DNA of 36,227 bases from a bacterium (GTDB lineage: Bacteria; Patescibacteriota; Minisyncoccia; UBA10092): positions 1 to 36,227 of the forward strand of contig JAJYIB010000002.1 in assembly GCA_021790275.1 (NCBI GenBank). The letters run 5' to 3'. The position numbers were made by a program, and so were the translations under genes. Below the pieces are notes generated by a model that made no database searches, had not been told where the DNA came from, and worked only from the letters and a program-made list of their open reading frames with translations. The first letter of the stretch is position 1; every line of letters starts with the position of its first letter. Shown here in pieces: positions 26,275 to 33,212 of the stretch.

Positions 26275-26324
26275 CTTGTTGTTTGCAAGTTAATAGTTTG
26301 TCAATTATATAACAAAAAAATTTT

Positions 26325-28091
26325 TTATTCCACAATCGCTTTCATCCGGCGGACGCCGGCCGACGAACTTTCCTCCTTGATTATTTTAAACCGACCGATT
26401 TCGCCCGTCCGCGCGATATGCGGACCGCCGCACAATTCTTTCGAATACGCTTTCGACAAATCCGGATCGCCGATCGAATAAACATTCACTTCGTCGGGAT
26501 ATTTTTCCTTGAAAAACGCGCGCGCGCCCATTCTGATCGCGTCTTCTTTTGACATTTTCGCGCTGTAAACCGGCAAATCGAGTGTTATTTTTTCGTTGAC
26601 GATGTTTTCGATTTTTTTCATTTCTTCCGGCGTCAGTCTTCGCGGAAACGAAAAATCGAATCGCAGCCGATCCGGTGTGATATCCGAACCCATTTGCCGC
26701 ACCTCCGCTTCGTGTCCCAAAACGTCGTGAATCGCCTGGTGAAGCAGATGCGTCGCCGTATGCAATCTGGCGATTTGTTTGATTTCTTTCGAGTTATGAA
26801 TTTCGGATTTCAATGTTTGCTCATTCACGCCGTGTCCGCCGAATTTTTTTTCCACGCCGGCCCGCGAAATTTCCTGATGTTTTTTGAAAGCCGATTCCCA
26901 TCCCGACTCGTCGACGGCAAAACCTTTTTCCGCCGCGATTTCACGAGTCAACTCCATCGGGAACCCATAGCTTTCGTAAATTTTAAAAGCATCGTCGCCG
27001 GAAATTATTTTATCGCTTTTTTCGGCAAGAATTTTTTCAAGCTCTTTCGATCCTTTTTCCAGCGCGCCGGAAAATTTTTCTTCTTCTTTTTGAACGACGG
27101 TTAAAATATCCTCCCGTTTCGCCGCCAGTTCGGGATATTGTTTTTTATACATCTCGACGACTTTTTCCGAAAGCGGAATCAAGAAATTTTTGTCGAAATT
27201 CATAATTTTCCCGTAGCGAATGGCGCGGCGCAAAAGCCGCCGCAAAATATATCCCGCTCCGACATTCGACGGAAAAACGCCGTCGGCTACAAGAAACGCC
27301 GAGGCGCGCGCGTGATCGGCGATAATCCGCACCGCCCGCGTTTCATTTTCGATATCTCTGTGCGGAATCGATTGGATAATAGGCAAAAACAAATCGGTTT
27401 CGAAAATCGTCGGCGCGTCTTGGACTATCATCGTCAACCGTTCCAATCCCATTCCGGTGTCAATGCCGTTTTGCTTTAACGGTTCCAAAGTTTTGTCGGG
27501 CCGGCAATAATATTGATTAAAAACCAGGTTCCAAATTTCAACACCATCTACATAAATTTCCGAAGTCGGGCCGCAGGGGCCTTCGTTTCCCGTCGGTCCC
27601 CAAAAATTATCTTCACGTCCCCGTTTTTGTATCTTGTCGCCGGCGATTCCCAATTCTTTCCAAACCGTTATCGATTCCGAATCTTCCGGCACTTCCCCAT
27701 CGCCTTCGAAAACCGAAACATAACAGCGATCGGAGGAAATTTTCATTTCCTCCGTTATGAATTTCCAGGCATATTCTATCGCCTCTTTTTTGAAATATCC
27801 GCCGAAACTGAAATTGCCGAGCATTTCAAAAAAAGTCAGGTGCGACTGGTCGCCGGTTTCGTCGATATCGGAAGTGCGGAAGCACTTTTGCACGGAAACC
27901 GTTTGCCGAGCTCCGAAATCGCGCACGGCGTCTTTTTCGCCGGTGTAATACGGCTTGAACTGCTGCATTCCGGCGGTGGTAAGCAAAACGGAAGAATCGT
28001 TTTCCGGCAAAAGCAAACTCGACGGCACGATAGTGTGTCCTCGATCTTTAAAATATTTTAAAAATTTTTCCCGAATTTCCTGCGAAGTCAT
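26325..28091 (-). CDS. alaS: Alanyl-tRNA synthetase, short form (catalytic, tRNA-recognition and editing domains; no C-Ala domain)
   Basis: MTSQEIREKFLKYFKDRGHTIVPSSLLLP...TTAGMQQFKPYY... The editing-domain motifs HTATHLLHQAIH and CGGPH are present. The ORF ends about 20 aa after the editing core. Confidence 0.92.
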   Translation of the reverse strand: MTSQEIREKFLKYFKDRGHTIVPSSLLLPENDSSVLLTTAGMQQFKPYYTGEKDAVRDFGARQTVSVQKCFRTSDIDETGDQSHLTFFEMLGNFSFGGYFKKEAIEYAWKFITEEMKISSDRCYVSVFEGDGEVPEDSESITVWKELGIAGDKIQKRGREDNFWGPTGNEGPCGPTSEIYVDGVEIWNLVFNQYYCRPDKTLEPLKQNGIDTGMGLERLTMIVQDAPTIFETDLFLPIIQSIPHRDIENETRAVRIIADHARASAFLVADGVFPSNVGAGYILRRLLRRAIRYGKIMNFDKNFLIPLSEKVVEMYKKQYPELAAKREDILTVVQKEEEKFSGALEKGSKELEKILAEKSDKIISGDDAFKIYESYGFPMELTREIAAEKGFAVDESGWESAFKKHQEISRAGVEKKFGGHGVNEQTLKSEIHNSKEIKQIARLHTATHLLHQAIHDVLGHEAEVRQMGSDITPDRLRFDFSFPRRLTPEEMKKIENIVNEKITLDLPVYSAKMSKEDAIRMGARAFFKEKYPDEVNVYSIGDPDLSKAYSKELCGGPHIARTGEIGRFKIIKEESSSAGVRRMKAIVE

Positions 28092-28097
28092 ATTGCG

Positions 28098-28127
28098 ATT
28101 TTAGCAAAAATTTTACTTAAAATGCAA
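28098..28127 (-). promoter_or_regulatory. Candidate alaS promoter (leaderless geometry)
   Basis: On the minus strand: TTGCAT, 18 nt, TAAAAT, then exactly 6 nt to the ATG at 28091. No SD site. Confidence 0.5.
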
Positions 28128-28159
28128 AACCTCGCCGTTTGTGCAACAACGGCGAGGTT
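28128..28159 (-). terminator. Intrinsic terminator of the 175-aa membrane-protein cassette
   Basis: Perfect 12-bp stem AACCTCGCCGTT / AACGGCGAGGTT with an 8-nt loop. On the minus strand it is followed by TTGCATTTT. Confidence 0.7.
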
Positions 28160-28165
28160 AACTCT

Positions 28166-28693
28166 TTACAAGAAAGAGTAGAGAGACGCAAATATGACAA
28201 CGACACTAATTGTCGGAGCCATTTTGCGATAAATCAAATTGAACTGCGGAGGATACCGAACGGGCCATCCTCTCGGCACTATTTCATACCAAGATTTTTT
28301 GAAAAATGGAAACGTAATCCATTTCCATGGTGAATGCGAAGGGTAAGACTTTCCATTCACCGTAATCCCTGGTATAGCCGAATCGCACAAGATGTGCGAT
28401 ATGACTGCGCACATTGGCAATAAGGACTTAGTTGCCAAACAGAGCGCGCAGGCGAAAGGCCAGGCCAATGCGCTGTGCAGCACGCGCACGCGTGCCGTTA
28501 TGTCGCGTACCACAACGCCTGGGAATTTGTTTTGATGCTTCAAATTCCCAACGATTTCCAGCGCCTTATCGGCGTCTAGAAATACCCCTCCAACAAAGAT
28601 ACCAACAATTATATTGGTATCCAACTTCATTCCCGCTGCATGTGCTATTGCCACAATGGCAACGGTTGCAGCCGCATGAACGATGGGATTCAT
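28166..28693 (-). CDS. Hypothetical polytopic membrane protein, possibly a YdjM/DUF457-like membrane-bound metal-dependent hydrolase
   Basis: His/Asp positions (H6, LDADK, LHS, SHILCDS) embedded in TM helices are reminiscent of DUF457. The family call is weak. The gene has a strong SD, AAGGAGGG, 4 nt from the ATG. Confidence 0.5.
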   Translation of the reverse strand: MNPIVHAAATVAIVAIAHAAGMKLDTNIIVGIFVGGVFLDADKALEIVGNLKHQNKFPGVVVRDITARVRVLHSALAWPFACALCLATKSLLPMCAVISHILCDSAIPGITVNGKSYPSHSPWKWITFPFFKKSWYEIVPRGWPVRYPPQFNLIYRKMAPTISVVVIFASLYSFL

Positions 28694-28733
28694 TTCTCCC
28701 TCCTTATTCTGTTTTTTTAAGTACTTTGCAAGA

Positions 28734-28762
28734 ATTATATCACAAAGAGCCCCTCATTGCAA
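28734..28762 (-). promoter_or_regulatory. Near-consensus sigma70 promoter of the 175-aa membrane-protein gene
   Basis: On the minus strand: TTGCAA, 17 nt, TATAAT, about 40 nt upstream of the ATG at 28693. Confidence 0.6.
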
Positions 28763-28804
28763 GTAGTAGTCATTGTGGCCATTGAATGATATTTCAGAAC
28801 ACCA

Positions 28805-29980
28805 TCATTGATCACAAATTATCCCGCCGCCAAGCATTGCGCCCTTATTGTCATAAAAAACCGCGCTTTGGCCCGGCGTTATCGCCCTCTGCGCCGTTTC
28901 AAACTTTACAACAAATCGACGATCGTTGATTTGCCGTGATGTTTCGATAACACATTTTTGAAGCGGCTGGCGGTAACGTATTCTCGCCAAACATTTCAAG
29001 GGCAATGTCGGCGCGCGGCCGGAAATCCAGTTTACGTTTTCAACCGTTAATTCTCGGGAAAATAATTCTTTACTTTCGCCTTCCGCTACCCAAAGCGTGT
29101 TCGCCGCGGCGTCTTTTCCGGCAACGTAATAAATTTTACCTTGTGCGCCGGGCAAACTGCCCTTTATGCCGATTCCTTTCCTCTGACCGATGGTGTAAAA
29201 AATAACGCCGTCGTGCGTTCCCACGATTTTCCCGTCGAGAGTTTTTATCGGTCCGGGATTTATACCCAGTTTTCCTTTCAAAAATCCGGCGACATCGATT
29301 TCACCGATAAAACAAACGCCCTGCGAATCCGGCTTTTCCGCCGTCGGCAGGCCGTTTTTTTTCGCCAGCGCGCGCACTTGCGATTTGGTATAATCGCCGA
29401 TCGGAAACAAGCAATGTTTTAATTGCTTTTGCGTCAGCGTCCATAAAAAATATGATTGGTCCTTGTTGGCATCTTGGGCAATTTCCAATTTGCAATTTTC
29501 ATTTTTCAATAAATTTTCATTTTTACAATTATCAATTTTTTTTATTTTTTTATTCGAAAATTGAAAATTGAACATTGAAAATTTCCGGTTCAGCCGGACA
29601 TAATGCCCCGTGGCGATAAAATCCGCGCCGAGTTGCAAGGCTTTTTCCAAAAAAAGGCCGAATTTGATTTCGCGGTTGCACATCACGTCGGGATTGGGCG
29701 TTATGCCCGCCGCGTAGCCGGAAACCATATAATCGACCACCGATTTTTTGTATTCGTTTTCGAAATCGAAGGCGTAAAAAGGAATTTTCAAGACGCCGGC
29801 CGTACGGCGCGCGTCCCGCGCATCTTCTTCCGCGCAACCGCTCAAAGACCAGCCTTTCATATATACTCCGACAACATCGTATCCTTTTTGCTTCAACAGC
29901 AAAGCGGCGACGGATGAATCCACTCCGCCGCTCATCGCCACAAAAACTTTTGGTTTTTTATTCGCCGCTTTTATCCGCAT
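28805..29980 (-). CDS. mnmA: tRNA-specific 2-thiouridylase MnmA, with an in-frame low-complexity insertion
   Basis: PP-loop ...VAMSGGVDSSVAA..., plus ...ATGHYVR... and ...DANKDQSYFLW... Confidence 0.92.
   Translation of the reverse strand: MRIKAANKKPKVFVAMSGGVDSSVAALLLKQKGYDVVGVYMKGWSLSGCAEEDARDARRTAGVLKIPFYAFDFENEYKKSVVDYMVSGYAAGITPNPDVMCNREIKFGLFLEKALQLGADFIATGHYVRLNRKFSMFNFQFSNKKIKKIDNCKNENLLKNENCKLEIAQDANKDQSYFLWTLTQKQLKHCLFPIGDYTKSQVRALAKKNGLPTAEKPDSQGVCFIGEIDVAGFLKGKLGINPGPIKTLDGKIVGTHDGVIFYTIGQRKGIGIKGSLPGAQGKIYYVAGKDAAANTLWVAEGESKELFSRELTVENVNWISGRAPTLPLKCLARIRYRQPLQKCVIETSRQINDRRFVVKFETAQRAITPGQSAVFYDNKGAMLGGGIICDQ
29477..29590. repeat. AT-rich quasi-palindromic low-complexity segment inside mnmA
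   Basis: AATTTTCA-type units lie on the left (29491-29520) and complementary TGAAAATT units on the right (29555-29583), around a T-run core. It encodes ...NRKFSMFNFQFSNKKIKKIDNCKNENLLKNENCKLEIA... Confidence 0.6.
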
Positions 29981-30017
29981 AAATATCGATATAAAATATT
30001 ATGACACAAAATAAAAA

Positions 30018-30038
30018 GGAGCGCAAACAACGCGCTCC
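30018..30038 (-). terminator. Intrinsic terminator of nrdJ
   Basis: GGAGCGC / GCGCTCC is a 7-bp stem with a 7-nt loop. On the minus strand it is followed by TTTTTATTTT. Confidence 0.65.
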
Positions 30039-30045
30039 GTAATAT

Positions 30046-32463
30046 CTAGCACTTGGTGTAATTACAATTTGAACATTGTGTGCACCCGCCCTGCTGGTAT
30101 AAAGTAGCCTGATGGCATTGCGGGCAGAAATTTCCGGCAAGCAATGTTCCATTCTCAGCGGGAGCAGGATCCAAAGTGGTTATTGTTTTGTCGCTCGGCT
30201 CTTCGAGTTCGAATTTTTCGAAATACTTTTCAATCGCTCTGGCAATGCCATCACCGACCGAAGCGACGCGATTTTTTCCGAAACCCGTAGAACTGCTTCC
30301 GCCGATGCCTCGCTGGTGGTTTTTGATTCTTGCCAGTTTTTCGAGCTGGCTCAACAGCGACGCCATCCGCAAAATTTCCGACAGCGACCGGCCGATCGAT
30401 TCGGCGTCGGCGGTGATATCGGTGCCCGCCTTGCCGACGGCTATGAAAATTTCAAACGGCTCCTTCGGCCCCTTATCCGCGTCCCAGTTGATGGTGACGA
30501 ATGCCTCACCGTAAGGCGTTTCCACTTTTTCGGTGGTACCCAGAATGTTCGGACGGGGCCGAATGGCGGTTTTGATTTCTTTTTTCGACTTTTCTTTACC
30601 GCCCAAACCCAGCGAAAGCACTCCGCCTTTGCATCCGTCACGGAAAACCGTTATTCCGAGGCAGTTGCTTTCGTAGGCCTGCCAATAGGCATTCGAAACA
30701 TCCTCTTTGGTCGCGCGATTTACCATATTTATGGTTTTGCTCACGGCATTATCGACATATTTCTGAAATGCCGACTGCATTTTTACATGATATTCCGAAC
30801 CGATTTCGTGCGCCGTGGCAAAAACTTTTTTAATATTTTCGGGAACGGCGGAGATATCGCCCAAACAGCCGCGATTTTTCACTTCTTCTTCGAGTGAAGA
30901 AGAATAAAATCCGCGCTCTTTGGCAACCGCGATAAACCGATGAAATGCCGGACTGTATATCTCCAACACCCGATTTTCGTATTTATGCCTTTTCGTTAGG
31001 CCGTAATGCGGCTCGATGCCGCCGGAACAACCCGCCAAAATACTCAACTCCCCCGTCGGGGCAATGGTGGTAACGGTGCAATTCCTTATTGCATTTCCGT
31101 TTTTATATATGCTCTCGCTCCACAACGGAAATGCGCCGCGCTCTTCCGCCAATCTTTCCGATTCTTTATGGCCGGCGTTGTTGATGTATTCCATAACTTC
31201 TTCGGCCAGCTTGCAGGCGGTTTCCGATGCGTACGGAATATCAAGATAGGCCAGCATATCCGCCCAGCCCATAACGCCTAAACCGATTCGGCGGATTTTG
31301 CGAGTGAATTCGGTAATTTGCGGCAAAGGATAAGGATTCAGCTCGATAACGTTATCGAGAAAGTGCACCGCCAAACGCGCCACGTGTTCGAGCTCGTTCC
31401 AATCGATTTGGTATTTTCCATTTTCCGATTTTACAAATCTTATCAGCGACATAGATCCCAGATTGCACGAATCGAAAGGAAAAAGCGGCTGTTCACCGCA
31501 GGGATTCGTCGATTCGAGCCGCATCAGTTCGGGAATCGGATTGGCGCGCCATCTGTTGGTTTTATCGATAAACCACAAGCCGGGGCACCCCTTGCTCCAT
31601 GCCATCTCGACGATAAGATCGAACACCGGCTTGGCTTTGAGCCGCTCTACCACTTCGCCGTTTCGCGGGTCGATTAAATCGTATTCCGCGTCATTTTTCA
31701 CCGCTTGCATAAAAATGTCGGAAACGGCGATCGAAATATTGAAATGCGAAATCTGTTTTTCGAGCAATTTCATTTTCAACATTTCTTGGATTTTGCGGCT
31801 GTAAAGATGCGGCTTTAAAAATTCATATATCGCCTCGTTGCCGTCTTGTAATGTTCCCTTTGCGGCGATAATTTCGAGAATATCGGGATGATGCACGCTC
31901 ACCATCGCCATATTGGCGCCGCGGCGCGTTCCGCCCTGAACGACTTTGTCGGTGGAAGCGTCGAAAACCTTCAAAAACGAAACGGGACCCGATGCCTTGC
32001 CTTTCGTCGAACTGACGATTGCGTTTTTATGACGCAAAGAAGAAAAAGAAAATCCCGTTCCTCCGCCGGATTTGTGGATTATCGCCTGCCATTTGATGGC
32101 ATCGTAAATCCCTTCCATCGAATCCTCGACGGGCAAAACGAAACAAGCGGAAAACTGAAGGCCGTTTCCCGTTCCGGCGTTATACATCGTCGGCGCGTTC
32201 GGGAAAAAAATCCTGTCGGCCATCAAACCGTAAAATTCTTTCGCCAACGGTATGACAGCGTCTTCGGTTTTGCCGTAATGCAAGTCGGCCGAAGCGATAT
32301 GGTACGCCACGCGCCAGCACATTTCTTCGATGGTTTCGCACGGCTCTCCGTTGTCGGATTTTTTCAAAAACCGTTCAACCGCCAGACGCTTGGCCTCTTC
32401 CGTCCAATCATCGCATTTTTTCAAGCCTTCCGGCATTTGCGCGATGAATATTTTTTCAGCCAT
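30046..32463 (-). CDS. nrdJ: Class II (adenosylcobalamin-dependent) ribonucleotide reductase with C-terminal Cys-rich tail
   Basis: ...FPNAPTMYNAGT..., ...LESTNPCGEQPLFPFDSCNLGS... (active-site Cys/Glu block), and the C-terminal ...CPQCHQATLYQQGGCTQCSNCNYTKC. A strong SD, AGAGGAGGGG, lies 5 nt from the ATG. Confidence 0.92.
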   Translation of the reverse strand: MAEKIFIAQMPEGLKKCDDWTEEAKRLAVERFLKKSDNGEPCETIEEMCWRVAYHIASADLHYGKTEDAVIPLAKEFYGLMADRIFFPNAPTMYNAGTGNGLQFSACFVLPVEDSMEGIYDAIKWQAIIHKSGGGTGFSFSSLRHKNAIVSSTKGKASGPVSFLKVFDASTDKVVQGGTRRGANMAMVSVHHPDILEIIAAKGTLQDGNEAIYEFLKPHLYSRKIQEMLKMKLLEKQISHFNISIAVSDIFMQAVKNDAEYDLIDPRNGEVVERLKAKPVFDLIVEMAWSKGCPGLWFIDKTNRWRANPIPELMRLESTNPCGEQPLFPFDSCNLGSMSLIRFVKSENGKYQIDWNELEHVARLAVHFLDNVIELNPYPLPQITEFTRKIRRIGLGVMGWADMLAYLDIPYASETACKLAEEVMEYINNAGHKESERLAEERGAFPLWSESIYKNGNAIRNCTVTTIAPTGELSILAGCSGGIEPHYGLTKRHKYENRVLEIYSPAFHRFIAVAKERGFYSSSLEEEVKNRGCLGDISAVPENIKKVFATAHEIGSEYHVKMQSAFQKYVDNAVSKTINMVNRATKEDVSNAYWQAYESNCLGITVFRDGCKGGVLSLGLGGKEKSKKEIKTAIRPRPNILGTTEKVETPYGEAFVTINWDADKGPKEPFEIFIAVGKAGTDITADAESIGRSLSEILRMASLLSQLEKLARIKNHQRGIGGSSSTGFGKNRVASVGDGIARAIEKYFEKFELEEPSDKTITTLDPAPAENGTLLAGNFCPQCHQATLYQQGGCTQCSNCNYTKC

Positions 32464-32553
32464 AATGTCCCCTCCTCTGCGCCGAATCGGCGCGATTTGT
32501 CATTTGATTTTCAACGATCTGTTCGCACCAGTAAAATCCGAAGGATTTTTTGG

Positions 32554-32569
32554 TGATATAAAAATATCA
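32554..32569. promoter_or_regulatory. Perfect 6-4-6 palindrome in the nrdJ/efp divergent control region (candidate operator)
   Basis: TGATAT-AAAA-ATATCA. It overlaps the best -10 candidate for nrdJ (minus-strand TTGACA at 32585-32590, then 17-18 nt). Confidence 0.3.
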
Positions 32570-32576
32570 TCCGCGC

Positions 32577-32605
32577 TTGATTTCTGTCAAAAAAAGAATT
32601 AGAAT
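32577..32605 (+). promoter_or_regulatory. Candidate efp promoter (leaderless geometry)
   Basis: TTGATT, 17 nt, TAGAAT, then 8 nt to the ATG at 32614. No SD site. Confidence 0.55.
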
Positions 32606-32613
32606 GGCGCGAT

Positions 32614-33188
32614 ATGATAAGCTACAACGAACTGAAACCGGGAGTCGTTTTTATTTTGGACGGCGAGCCGTATGAAGTTTTGGAATTCAACTTTATGCGG
32701 ATGCAGCAGAGAAAACCGGTGGCGCAAACCAAGATAAAAAATCTAATCAGCGGCAAAGTGTTGAGCCGCAGTTTTCAGCACACGGAAAATTTCAAAGAAG
32801 CGGAAATCGAATATAAAAAAGTGAAATTTTTATACGCCCATCGGGGTAAATTCGTTTTTTGCGATTTACAAAATCCGGCGGCGCGCTTCGAATTTACGGC
32901 CGAAGCCGTCGGCGACGAAGCGAAATTTTTGAAAGTGAATTTTGAAGCCGAAATAATGAGTTTCGAAGGAAAATTATAAACGTGCGATTGCCGATAAAAA
33001 TGGATTTCAAAGTAGTGGAGGCGCCGCCGGCCGTTCGCGGCAACACGGCGCAGGGCGGAAACAAAACCGTCAAAATAGAAACGGGAGCGGAAATTCTCGT
33101 TCCGCTTTTTATCAACGAGGGCGATATCATAAGAATCAACACCCAAACCGGCGAATATGCCGAAAGAGTCGAAAAAAGCCGCGAGTAG
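32614..33188 (+). CDS. efp: Elongation factor P, reading frame broken between domains II and III (two ORFs, 32614-32979 and 32982-33188)
   Basis: ORF1 (MISYNELKPGVVFILDGEPYEV...) covers domains I and II. ORF2 (...RLPIKMDFKVVEAPPAVRGNTAQGGNKTVKIETGAEILVPLFINEGDIIRINTQTGEYAERV) is domain III. The two join as ...SFEGK-IINVRLP... if one extra A is added to the run at 32970-32973. Confidence 0.85.
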
Positions 33189-33212
33189 TTCGGTAGCCGA
33201 TTACGATTTATT

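Noticed and set aside
29477-29590. Possible miniature CRISPR array or tandem-repeat locus
   Set aside because: The units are only about 8 nt long, degenerate and not separated by unique spacers. The segment is in frame inside mnmA. I reported it as an insertion instead.
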